Source: Solirubrobacteraceae bacterium
GTDB taxonomy: Bacteria; Actinomycetota; Thermoleophilia; Solirubrobacterales; Solirubrobacteraceae
DNA: 64,000 nt
Reading direction: 5' to 3'
NCBI GenBank assembly: GCA_029263125.1
Contig: JAJCYD010000005.1
Coordinates: 103,720-167,719, forward strand
Below, piece by piece: positions 44,094 to 52,247 of the stretch; position 1 is the first letter of the stretch; the number at the start of each line of letters is the position of its first letter. The position numbers were made by a program, and so were the translations under genes. The notes below the pieces were generated by a model, which worked only from the letters and a program-made list of their open reading frames with translations, was not told the origin of the DNA and did no database searches.

Positions 44094-44702
44094 TCAGACG
44101 CTCAGCGGCTCGGTCGGCAGGCCGCCGCTGGCCCCCGAGGCGAGGAGGGCGCCCGCGAAGGCGCCCAGCAGCATGCCGTGCAGCTCCTGGCGCGTGAGGT
44201 CGTCGTGGGCGATCCAGTCGAGGATCGCGCCGTCGAGGAAGCCCAGCCATCCGTGCACCGCGGCACGGGTCGCCGGGCGGGTGCCGTCCTCGCCCAGCCC
44301 CGCGAGGATCCGTGCAGCGGTCGTCGAGCGGACCTCGGCCATGATCTCGCGCACTTCGCTGGCGCTGCTGCCCAGCAGCGTGGCGTAGGCGGTCGGGCGC
44401 TCCTGCACCCAGGTCAGGAACGCGTCGAGCGTCGTCGCGAGCTGTTCGGCCGGCGGGCGGCCGGGCTCGGGCTCGGTACGCAGCCGCAGCTCCTCGGCCC
44501 CCTCGGCGAGCGTGGCCTCGAACAGGCGCCGCTTGCTCGGGAAGTAGTGGTACAGCAGCGCCTTTGAGATCTGCGCCTCGCGGGCGAGCTGGGACATCGA
44601 CAGCCCCTCGTAGCCGTGACGAGCGAAGAGCTCGGTCGCGCGCTCGAGCAGCAGCTCGCGGCGCTCGTCGCGCTGCAGTCGTCGGTAGGCGCGCTCGGAC
44701 AT
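44094..44702 (-). CDS. TetR/AcrR-family transcriptional regulator
   Basis: LLERATELFARHGYEGLSMSQLAREAQISKALLYHYFPSK HTH. Confidence 0.9.
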   Translation of the reverse strand: MSERAYRRLQRDERRELLLERATELFARHGYEGLSMSQLAREAQISKALLYHYFPSKRRLFEATLAEGAEELRLRTEPEPGRPPAEQLATTLDAFLTWVQERPTAYATLLGSSASEVREIMAEVRSTTAARILAGLGEDGTRPATRAAVHGWLGFLDGAILDWIAHDDLTRQELHGMLLGAFAGALLASGASGGLPTEPLSV

Positions 44703-44726
44703 CTGCAGAGCATCCTACCGCGTCTC

Positions 44727-44779
44727 TTGACCGACGGTCGACAAGCGTGCTACCTTCGCTGTTGACCGATGGTTGACAA
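44727..44779. promoter_or_regulatory. Two copies of an 18-nt motif, TTGACCGAYGGTYGACAA; candidate TetR operators
   Basis: ttgaccgacggtcgacaa (44727..44744) and ttgaccgatggttgacaa (44762..44779). Both lie in the 92-nt divergent gap between the TetR and DUF2339 genes. Confidence 0.5.
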
Positions 44780-44794
44780 AGGGAGATGACGGCG

Positions 44795-47080
44795 ATGGGG
44801 CGCATCAGCGAGCACCGCGTGTTGAGGCTCGAGCAGCAGACGGTGAACCTTCACGAGCGCCTCAGCGCGCTCGAGGCCCGGGGCGCCGAGGCGCCCGCCG
44901 CGCCCTCGCCGGTAGCGCCCGTCGCTCCCGCGCCTGCGCCGTTTCCCGCGGTCGTGACCACGTGGCGATCCTCCGCGCCCGGCCCCACCGCCGGCCATCC
45001 CGAGGCCGCCGCGACCCAGCCCGCCGCCGACTGCGCCGCCGCCCCGTCGGCCGCAGCCCCGCGGACGCCGGCCGCCGCCGCCCCGGCCGCGCGTCGTGAG
45101 GGCTCCGATCTCGAAGATCTGCTCGGCGGCCGGGTGCTCGCCTGGACGGGCGGCGTGGCCGTCGTCGCGGGCATCGCCTTCCTGCTCGCGATCGCCGTCT
45201 CGCGCGGCTGGATCGGCCCTGGCGCCCGCACGCTTCTGGCGGGCACGCTGTCGCTCGCGCTGATCGGCGCCGGGGCATGGCTGTATGAGCGGCGCGGGCG
45301 GACCGACGCCGCGCTGGCGACCCTGTCGGCCGGCGTCGCCGGCCTGTTCTGCACGGTCGCGGTCGGCGGTCCCGTCTACGGCGTTCTGCCTGCCGCGGCG
45401 GCGCTGGCGCTTGCCTTCGGCGCGGGAGCGCTGGCCACGGCCTTCGCCGTGCGCTGGGAGTCGCACGGGATCGGAGCGCTCGGGATCGTCGGCGCGCTGA
45501 TCGCGCCCGTGCTGGCCGGAGCCCCGTCCACCGCCACCACGCTCTCGCTGCTGTGGCTCGCGGCCGCCTCGGGCGCCGCCGTCCTCGTGTGGCAACGCTG
45601 GGACTGGCTGGCCGTCGCGGTGTTCGCGATCGGCGCCGGACAGTGGTTGTGGTGGCTGGCGGAGTCCGACCGTGGGGCGGCCGCGCTGCTGCTCGTGCTG
45701 TGCGCCTTCGGAGCATTGAACGTCGCCGCCGCGATCGGCTTTGAGCTGCGCGTGCCCGCCGCTCGCCTGCGCGCCTCCTCGGCCCTCCTGCTGACCGTCA
45801 ACGCCATGACGCTCGCGCTCGCCGGCTGGCTCGCCCTCGACGGCACCGGCACCACGACCCTCGGCCGGCTGTGGATCGGCGCCCTCGCCGCGGTCCACAT
45901 CACCGTCGGACTCATGACGAAATCGACCCGCGTCAACCGCGACATCCGACTGCTGGCGCTCGTCCTCGGCGTCATCCTCGCCGACGTCACGGCCGGCCTG
46001 CTGCTCGAAGGCGCGGTCCTCGCCGGCGCGTTCGCCGTCACGACCGCGGGGCTCGGCCTGCTGGCCCGCCACCGCCTCGCCGACCGCAGCGACGCCGAAG
46101 CCGGTCGGGACGCGACCCTGCTGAGCCTCGGCCTCGGCGGCCACCTGCTGCTGACGAGCATCCAGGCGCTGACGCAGATGTCACCCGACGCCGTCGCCGC
46201 CGGCGACACGATCGCGGCCGGCGGATACGCCGCGGTCGCCGTGGTCGCCTGCGCGGCGTTCGTCGCGGGCCGCTTCGTCGACGACGTGCGACCCGAGTGG
46301 CGGATCGGCCTCGACGTCGTGGCGATGTCCGCCGTCGCGTACCTGACGACCGCCGCGCTGGATGGCCCGGTACTGGCCGCCGCATTCGCGGCCGAAGCCG
46401 CCGTCCTGGGCTCGATCGCTCGCCGGGAGCGCGACCCGGTCGCGGCCTGGGGCGGCGGCGCCTACCTGGCCCTCGCCCTGGGTCACGGCCTGAGCCTGGA
46501 AGCACCACCCGAGGCGCTGGTGGCGGGATTGGGCGACGTGCCCGGCGCCGCGCTCGCCCTGGCGGCCGCGGGCGCCGCCGCGCTGCTCGGCGCCCGGCAG
46601 CTCGGCCAGGCGCGCCGCGATCGTGCGCTGCGGGCCGGCGACGACGCGCGAGCCCTGATGGCGCACCTTCATGCGGCGCTCGGGGCCGCGGGCGCGGTGA
46701 CCGTGCTGCACCTCGCGTCGACGGCGCTCGTCACAGGCTTTCAGCCCGGCAGCGGCGCCACGGAGGCGGGCCTGTTCGATCTCGGCGTCCGCGAGCTCGG
46801 ACAGCTCCTGCTGAGCGGGCTGTGGGCGATCGCCGGAGTCACCGCGCTCGTCGTCGGGCTGCGACGCGACCACCGCGCCCTGCGGCTCGGTGCCCTCGCG
46901 CTGCTGATGGTGACCGTCGGCAAGGTCTTCCTCTACGACCTCGCGGCGCTGACCTCGCTGTACCGAGTCGGGTCCTTCATCGGCCTCGGCCTGCTGCTGC
47001 TGGTCGCGGCCGGCATCTGGCAGCGCATGCGCCCGCGCCCGCTTTCAGACCTGCGCGAGGTGCCCGATGCGGTGAGATAG
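44795..47080 (+). CDS. DUF2339-family polytopic membrane protein
   Basis: N-terminal coiled coil, a Pro/Ala linker, LLGGRVLAWTGGVAVVAGIAFLL, then about 20 hydrophobic helices. The ATG at 44795 is better spaced from GGGAG than the one at 44786. Confidence 0.75.
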   Translation: MGRISEHRVLRLEQQTVNLHERLSALEARGAEAPAAPSPVAPVAPAPAPFPAVVTTWRSSAPGPTAGHPEAAATQPAADCAAAPSAAAPRTPAAAAPAARREGSDLEDLLGGRVLAWTGGVAVVAGIAFLLAIAVSRGWIGPGARTLLAGTLSLALIGAGAWLYERRGRTDAALATLSAGVAGLFCTVAVGGPVYGVLPAAAALALAFGAGALATAFAVRWESHGIGALGIVGALIAPVLAGAPSTATTLSLLWLAAASGAAVLVWQRWDWLAVAVFAIGAGQWLWWLAESDRGAAALLLVLCAFGALNVAAAIGFELRVPAARLRASSALLLTVNAMTLALAGWLALDGTGTTTLGRLWIGALAAVHITVGLMTKSTRVNRDIRLLALVLGVILADVTAGLLLEGAVLAGAFAVTTAGLGLLARHRLADRSDAEAGRDATLLSLGLGGHLLLTSIQALTQMSPDAVAAGDTIAAGGYAAVAVVACAAFVAGRFVDDVRPEWRIGLDVVAMSAVAYLTTAALDGPVLAAAFAAEAAVLGSIARRERDPVAAWGGGAYLALALGHGLSLEAPPEALVAGLGDVPGAALALAAAGAAALLGARQLGQARRDRALRAGDDARALMAHLHAALGAAGAVTVLHLASTALVTGFQPGSGATEAGLFDLGVRELGQLLLSGLWAIAGVTALVVGLRRDHRALRLGALALLMVTVGKVFLYDLAALTSLYRVGSFIGLGLLLLVAAGIWQRMRPRPLSDLREVPDAVR

Positions 47081-47089
47081 GGTCGCGAC

Positions 47090-47449
47090 ATGTCTTCCAT
47101 CTTCGATTCAGACGACATCGAGGTCTCGCCCGAGCAGACCGCGAAGGCGCTGGCTGACGGGACCGCTCAGGTCATCGACGTACGCGAGCGCTACGAATGG
47201 GACGAGGGCCGGATCGAGGGCACGGTCCACGTCGAGCTCGAGCGCCTCGCGTCGGCGGCCCAGGGCGGCCAGATCGACCGCGACAAGCCCGTGATCTTCC
47301 ACTGCCGCCTGGGCTCGCGCTCGGCGATGGCCGCGCAGGCGTTCCGCGCATCGGGCTTCGACGCCTACTCGATGGCGGGTGGCATCCAGCTCTGGGACGA
47401 CCAGCGACGGCCCCTGATCCCCGAAGGCGGCGCGGTCGCCGACCACTGA
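47090..47449 (+). CDS. Rhodanese-domain sulfurtransferase
   Basis: VIDVRERYEWDEGRIEG...IFHCRLGSRSAMAA active-site loop. Confidence 0.85.
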   Translation: MSSIFDSDDIEVSPEQTAKALADGTAQVIDVRERYEWDEGRIEGTVHVELERLASAAQGGQIDRDKPVIFHCRLGSRSAMAAQAFRASGFDAYSMAGGIQLWDDQRRPLIPEGGAVADH

Positions 47450-47468
47450 GCCCGCGGAGGAGAACGAC

Positions 47469-47870
47469 ATGGCAGAAGAGGAAGTCAACGAGGTCGTGAC
47501 CGGCGAGGGCTATGCGCTGGGCAACATCGCCGCGCTCGGCCACGGCGGCGGCTTTCGCAAGATCCGTCCCGCGCTCGACGTCAAGGCGCTGGGCATCAAC
47601 GCGATCGTCATGCCCGAGGAGTTCGCCGGGCGACGCCACTACCACTACGAGCAGGAAGAGACGTACTTCATCCACCAGGGCCACGCCGAGCTCGAACTGG
47701 GCGACGGCTCGGTTCATCGCCTCGGCCCCGGCGGGATCGTCCGCATGGACGCCGCCACCGTCCGGCGGATCCGCAACGTCGGCGAGGGCGATCTCATCTA
47801 CGTCGCTGTCGGCGGCAAGGACGGCTACGTGGAGAACGACGGCCACCTGCTGCCGTCTGAGGAGGGTTGA
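47469..47870 (+). CDS. Cupin-domain protein
   Basis: HYHYEQEETYFIHQGHAELELGD...GPGGIVRMDA cupin motifs. Confidence 0.75.
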   Translation: MAEEEVNEVVTGEGYALGNIAALGHGGGFRKIRPALDVKALGINAIVMPEEFAGRRHYHYEQEETYFIHQGHAELELGDGSVHRLGPGGIVRMDAATVRRIRNVGEGDLIYVAVGGKDGYVENDGHLLPSEEG

Positions 47871-47912
47871 CTGAGCTGAGTCCAGCGGCATCGGCCCAGC
47901 CCGAGTGGAGGG

Positions 47913-48530
47913 TCAGCGAGCGACGGTGAGAGGAACGGCGAACTCAGCAGTCGCATCCGGCATCGGCTTGCTCATGCGTGTCGGGAGGGAAAGCCGGACC
48001 GCGTCTCGGTAGGCGACCGAGAACACAGCGATGGTCCTGGCTCGATGCAGCGCGGGGTCGCGCGACATCGCGGTGCTCCACGAGAGCCCGCCGTCCGGTG
48101 ACGAACGAACGGGCTTCGAGTAGGTCAGCGCGATGACAGTTCCGTCCGTCGTCGCGCGCTCATAGCGCAGGGACAGGCGTTCCACCGACGTCCCGAAGCG
48201 CAGCGAGATGCGCTTGCCGGGGCGAACCGGCAGCTTCGGTCCCTCGGGAGCGCGAGCGCGCAAGGCGCAGGCGAGCGCGATTGCCTCGCCATTCGGCGGC
48301 GCGCAGAACGACGCCGGTCCGACGATGCGGCGGTTGCCCCCGCTGCCCACGAGAACTTGTGCTGAGCGCACGCGCGCGTCAACCACCTTGCGCGGTGCGG
48401 CGTTCGCTGAGTTCACGACGCCGCGGCCCTCCTGGGCCTCGCCGGAGCCGGCCACGCCGCCGAGAATCACGCCGCCGCCAATCGCGACGGCGACAACCAA
48501 CAGCACGCCCAGTAGGACAAGCTTCTTCAT
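47913..48530 (-). CDS. Hypothetical membrane-anchored/secreted protein
   Basis: MKKLVLLGVLLVVAVAIGGGVILGG N-terminal anchor. No family recognised. Confidence 0.55.
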   Translation of the reverse strand: MKKLVLLGVLLVVAVAIGGGVILGGVAGSGEAQEGRGVVNSANAAPRKVVDARVRSAQVLVGSGGNRRIVGPASFCAPPNGEAIALACALRARAPEGPKLPVRPGKRISLRFGTSVERLSLRYERATTDGTVIALTYSKPVRSSPDGGLSWSTAMSRDPALHRARTIAVFSVAYRDAVRLSLPTRMSKPMPDATAEFAVPLTVAR

Positions 48531-48654
48531 GTCCTGATCTACGTCGCGCACGCGCGATGCGTCACACACCTTCGCCGTCGGCACAGCGGATGTCTGTTGA
48601 CCGAAGTCCAGGGATGGCACCCAGCGCGAACTCCGCAATGGCAGCGGCGACATC

Positions 48655-48855
48655 ATGCGCGCCCTTGACCGAGGCGAGGCGTTCGTCGTGACACGTAACG
48701 GCGTACCGGTCGGCGAGCTGGTCCCCGTGCGCGCCCGTGAGTTTGTTGGCGCAGACGCCGCGGTTGCCGCGTTCGCGGGCGCACCGGCGATCGATGCCGG
48801 GTTCCGGGCGGACGTCGACGCGCTGCTCGACCACGACCCCTCGCCTCATGGCTGA
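48655..48855 (+). CDS. Phd/YefM-type antitoxin, N-terminally truncated
   Basis: RGEAFVVTRNGVPVGELVPV core. Homology (TQRELRNGSGDI) continues upstream of the only start codon, back to a stop at 48598, with no ATG/GTG/TTG in between. Confidence 0.6.
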   Translation: MRALDRGEAFVVTRNGVPVGELVPVRAREFVGADAAVAAFAGAPAIDAGFRADVDALLDHDPSPHG

Positions 48856-49267
48856 CGAGCAGATCCCACGCGGGATCATCGACACATCGGTCGTCATCGA
48901 CCTCGAGCATGTCCCCGCTGGCGATCTACCGGCCGAGTTGGCCGTGTCCGCGGTCCCCTGGCCGAACTCGCGGCAGGCCCCCACGCGACATCCGATCCGC
49001 ACGAGCGCGCGGCGACAGGACCGCTTGCAGCGCGCGGAGGCGACCTTCGAGCCGCTGCCGGTGGACGCGAATGTGGCCCGTGCATACGGTCGCATCTACG
49101 CGGCCGTCTCCGGGACTGGTCGCAAGGCACGAGGAGCGCGACCCCTGGATCTCGTGATTGCCGCCACCGCGCTGGCGTCCGATCTCCCGCTGTATACACG
49201 CAATCCCGGCGACTTCCGCGGCACCGAGAGCCTCATCGGCATCGTCACACTCGCACCCGCGACCTGA
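48848..49267 (+). pseudogene. vapC: PIN-domain VapC toxin scrambled internally by two compensating frameshifts
   Basis: GIIDTSVVIDLE...RLQRAEATFEPLPVD...LDLVIAATALASDLPLYTRNPGDF. Between about 48956 and 49012 the expected LAELAAGPHATSDPHERA is readable only in the -1 frame. Confidence 0.7.
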
Positions 49268-49550
49268 GCGCGTGTGCGATGTGAAGTGGACGTGGCTGGA
49301 CGGCTATCCAACCGCCGAATCACTGGAGCGCATCCGGGGCGCCCTGAGCGCGGTCGTCGGGCAAGCGTGCCCAAGCGCTGTGAGCACCGGGCCGGCTGCC
49401 GCGAAAGCGCTGGAATCGTCGAGAAGCAGAACTCTTGCCGCTGCTGTTCGCGCCAAGCGTACAGGCGGCAGATCTCGATGCCGTACGTCCCAGTGTCGTC
49501 AGCTCTCCGAGGATCTGCACGACCCGTGTAGAGACGTGTACACTGCTCGC

Positions 49551-49796
49551 ATGGAACGGGTGAACGTCACGCTGGACGACGAACAGGCGCAAAAGCTCTT
49601 GCGATTGGCTGAGCGCATGCGCGTCCAGCCGGGCACCGTCGCCCGATCACTGCTCGCGCAAGCGTTGGATGACGCCGACCCCGATCCGCGCAACGTCGTC
49701 GCACTCCTGGACGGCATCGACGGCGCCCATGAGCGCGCACAGCTCGGGTTGCGCCAGGCGCACGCGGGACAGACGATCGCCGTCGACCAGCTGTAG
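49551..49796 (+). CDS. Ribbon-helix-helix (CopG/ParD-like) antitoxin
   Basis: MERVNVTLDDEQAQKLLRLAERM RHH N-terminus. Lies immediately upstream of the ParE-like gene. Confidence 0.7.
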   Translation: MERVNVTLDDEQAQKLLRLAERMRVQPGTVARSLLAQALDDADPDPRNVVALLDGIDGAHERAQLGLRQAHAGQTIAVDQL

Positions 49797-50089
49797 TGGC
49801 ATCGGTCGAGCTGGCCACGGCGGCGCTCGAGGATCTCGAGCGAATGATCGTCACGCACAGCCTGCCCGCCGACACGCGCGCTCGCGTCGCGCGATCACTG
49901 CGCGGACTCGGGCAATTTCCACGGATGGGCGCCGCACTCGAGGGCCGGTGGGACGGCTTCCGCTTCGTGCTCGGCCCATGGCGCTGGCTGCTGCTCGTCT
50001 ACGTCTACCTCGAATCCGAAGACCGCGTCGTCATTGTCACCATGCAAGACGCACGGACGTCATCCGCGGCTACCGCGATCAAACGCTGA
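49796..50089 (+). CDS. parE: RelE/ParE-family toxin
   Basis: 97 aa. QFPRMGAALEGRWDGFRFVLGPWRWLLLVYVYLESEDRVVIVTMQDAR matches the ParE fold pattern. Its GTG overlaps the antitoxin stop (TAGTG). Confidence 0.7.
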   Translation: MASVELATAALEDLERMIVTHSLPADTRARVARSLRGLGQFPRMGAALEGRWDGFRFVLGPWRWLLLVYVYLESEDRVVIVTMQDARTSSAATAIKR

Positions 50090-50259
50090 TCCACCCGCGA
50101 CCCCCGGCCCCGCCGAGCGCCGCGTTTCGCGCACAGGAACGCTCTGTTCGCCTGCGGCAGTTCGCTGCCGACCTCGGCGCGTGGCCGCGGCTTTCAGACC
50201 GCTGGAAGCGTCGAGAACGCGAAAATCTGTTCAGCGCACGCGCTGCAACCAGCCCGGCC

Positions 50260-50669
50260 GTGACCCGACAGACCTCGCCGAGCTGGCCGCCAACATCGCC
50301 GGTCACCGGCTGCGCATGACCGAGCTGCTGACGCGGGGCGCGCGCATGCGCGACAAGCGCACCGCCCGATTCTGCGCCGCCCTTATCGCCCATGAGCAGG
50401 CGCTATGGACCTTCACCACCACACCCGGGGTGCCGGCCACCGACAACGCCGCCGAACGCGCCCTGCGTCACGCCGTCATGTGGCGCAAGACCAGCTATGG
50501 CACCCAAACCGAACACGGCAACCGCGCCGCGAGCGACTGCTGAGCATCCGCGAGACCTGCCGCCTCCAAGGCCGCCGCGTGCACACCTACCTCACCGAGG
50601 TGATCACCGCCGACCTCCACGGCCAGCCGGTCGCAGCTCCGCTGCCGCCATGACCCCGTGAACGCTTAC
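50260..50669 (+). mobile_element. 3' stump of an IS66-family insertion sequence (frameshifted transposase C-terminus plus terminal inverted repeat)
   Basis: ...ALWTFTTTPGVPATDNAAERALRHAVMWRKTSYGTQTEHGNR in one frame. It continues as ERLLSIRETCRLQGRRVHTYLTEVITADLHGQP in another. The element ends ...gaacgcttac at 50669, the reverse complement of the GTAAGCG start typical of IS66 ends. Confidence 0.65.
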
Positions 50670-50798
50670 CCTCGCCAGCGCCGCGCGAACTGCGGCTGTC
50701 GTCACGTCCACGGCGCTAGCAAGCGGAAAGAGCCGCAATCGTCGACGGGGGCGGTCTCGGGGCGGCGATCGACAGCCCGTCACCTGCGAGCACCGGGT

Positions 50799-50837
50799 TG
50801 GGCGCTTTCTGCATGCATGCCATGGGAAACGCGGCCA
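50799..50837. repeat. REP-like hairpin, copy 3 (degenerate)
   Basis: tgggcgctttctgcatg-catgc-catgggaaacgcggcca. Confidence 0.6.
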
Positions 50838-50860
50838 GCCAGACCCGCATCGCATCGAGC

Positions 50861-50899
50861 TGGCCGCTTTCTGCATGCCTGTCATGCCAAACCCGCCCA
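50861..50899. repeat. REP-like hairpin, copy 4 (degenerate left arm)
   Basis: tggccgctttctgcatg-cctgtc-atgccaaacccgccca. The right arm matches 14779..14793 in 14 of 15 positions. Confidence 0.65.
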
Positions 50900-51054
50900 G
50901 ACGCTCGGCCAGCCGTCAGAGCGCCGCTCCCTCGCGCTCCGAACGCTCTCCCCGCATCGCGGGCCTGCCGCGCTGCCGCTTCCATGCGACTGTGCAGCCG
51001 GCCGCGGAGTCGCGGTGCTCCCTTCGCGTGCAAGCGGCACAGCTCCGAACGTTC

Positions 51055-51080
51055 GAAAGCCGCTCAACTGAGCGGCTTTC
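51055..51080 (-). terminator. Stem-loop 11 nt downstream of the ssrA 3' end
   Basis: gaaagccgctc-aact-gagcggctttc. Perfect 11-bp stem with no U-tract. Confidence 0.6.
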
Positions 51081-51091
51081 GAGGGTTCCGA

Positions 51092-51455
51092 TGGAGACGG
51101 CGGGAATCGAACCCGCGTCCGCGATCGCGTTACGGTGGCCTCTACGAGCGTAGCCGGCGCTCTGATCTCATCTTCGGGTCGCCTCGCCGGCGGGGTTTCC
51201 GAAGACCAGCTCCCTGAAATGTCCCCGGTTCGGCGAGAGCGGACCTCCCCGGGTAAGCCGACGTGTTGTTTCCGGCGATCCCCACGGTCGGCAGGCGGGG
51301 GCCAGAACCACGCAATTAGCTGTTAGGCCATTGCGAGGGGGAACTCATGTGAAGAGTCCGCACTTATGGTTTGCCAGGTGTTTTACGAGGCCTCCTGGCA
51401 CCTCGGCTCGCATCCACCGCTACGTGTCCGACCACGTCGAAGCCATGTCGTCCCC
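51092..51455 (-). ncRNA. ssrA: tmRNA (transfer-messenger RNA)
   Basis: Reverse strand starts GGGGACGACATGGCTTCGACG and ends GGTTCGATTCCCGCCGTCTCCA. The acceptor stem has a G3:U wobble and CCA is not encoded. Internal tag frame GCG GAC TCT TCA CAT GAG TTC CCC CTC GCA ATG GCC TAA. Confidence 0.93.
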
Positions 51456-51515
51456 GTGTTGGTGCGCCAGCGAGTCTAGCCAACCGCGCAAGGCCGCCGG
51501 ACGATCGGGCGCGGC

Positions 51516-52247
51516 TCAGCTCGGCGGCGCGACGACCGTCGGCACGTCCTCCGGCGTCGGCTCGACCGGAAGCGACGGGTCCGGCGGCGGAGCGGCCTCG
51601 CCTCCGGTCGGCGGGAGCGCGTCGGTCGTCGTGGGTGGCGGGGTGGTCGTCGTGGTGGTGGTCTCGGGGGCGGGCACCGTGACGGTCGTCTGACGATTCT
51701 GCGACGGCGCACTCTCCTCCGACGGCGCCGTGTCCGTCTTGGTGTCGCGCTCGGGGTCCGTGCCGCCGCCGAAGAACGTCGTCCCGCGACCGCCGCCGGA
51801 CGCCGAGCCGCCCGCCACGAGTTCGGGCACGGTCAGCACGACAGCCGCGACGACGAAGCCGAGCAGTCCCGTGACGATCGCCACGCGCAGACCTCGCGAA
51901 TGCCGGCCGCCGCTGCCATCGGGGATCTCACCCGCCTGCGCGACACGGTCCTGCTGGGGAGGCTGGACCGCAGTCGCCGCCGGCTCGTCTAGCGGCTCCG
52001 GCGGCGCATTGCGGACGATTCCCCGAACCGGCACCGCCCGCGTCACGACGTCCGTCGACCTCGACACGACGTCCTTGAGGATCGCGACGACGACCGGGGT
52101 GAACGCCGCCGCGACGAGCGTGCCGGGCGCCCACAGCTTGGAGCAGGCGTATGCGGCGATCGCGGATGCCACCGCGGTGACGAACAGCGTCTTGGTGTCC
52201 ACGCCGCCCGAGGGGGCGCGCGGATGGGGTGTCGCGGATGCGGACAT
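51516..52247 (-). CDS. Hypothetical membrane protein with a Thr/Pro-rich C-terminal tail
   Basis: Two TM segments, a poly-Thr run (TTTTTTPPPTTT) and coding-like GC3. Confidence 0.55.
   Translation of the reverse strand: MSASATPHPRAPSGGVDTKTLFVTAVASAIAAYACSKLWAPGTLVAAAFTPVVVAILKDVVSRSTDVVTRAVPVRGIVRNAPPEPLDEPAATAVQPPQQDRVAQAGEIPDGSGGRHSRGLRVAIVTGLLGFVVAAVVLTVPELVAGGSASGGGRGTTFFGGGTDPERDTKTDTAPSEESAPSQNRQTTVTVPAPETTTTTTTPPPTTTDALPPTGGEAAPPPDPSLPVEPTPEDVPTVVAPPS

Noticed and set aside
49405-49440. A similarity of 18 out of 19 nt (cgctggaa-n-cgtcgagaa) between 49407-49425 and 50200-50218, flanking the RHH/ParE pair. This could have been a duplication left by insertion.
   Set aside because: The similarity decays immediately outside the 19-mer. 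A rough estimate gives about one such match by chance among all position pairs in 64 kb of GC-biased DNA.
47880-51091. A direct repeat of the ssrA 3' end that would mark the distal att site of an island.
   Set aside because: I could not find one by eye in the adjacent 3 kb. The island interpretation therefore stays at the level of remnant, with an undefined boundary.
51092-51125. A tRNA-like T-arm (ggttcgattcccgcc on the reverse strand), considered as a possible tRNA gene.
   Set aside because: It is the 3' tRNA-like domain of tmRNA. The matching GGGGACG 5' acceptor strand lies 360 nt away, and a tag ORF sits between them.
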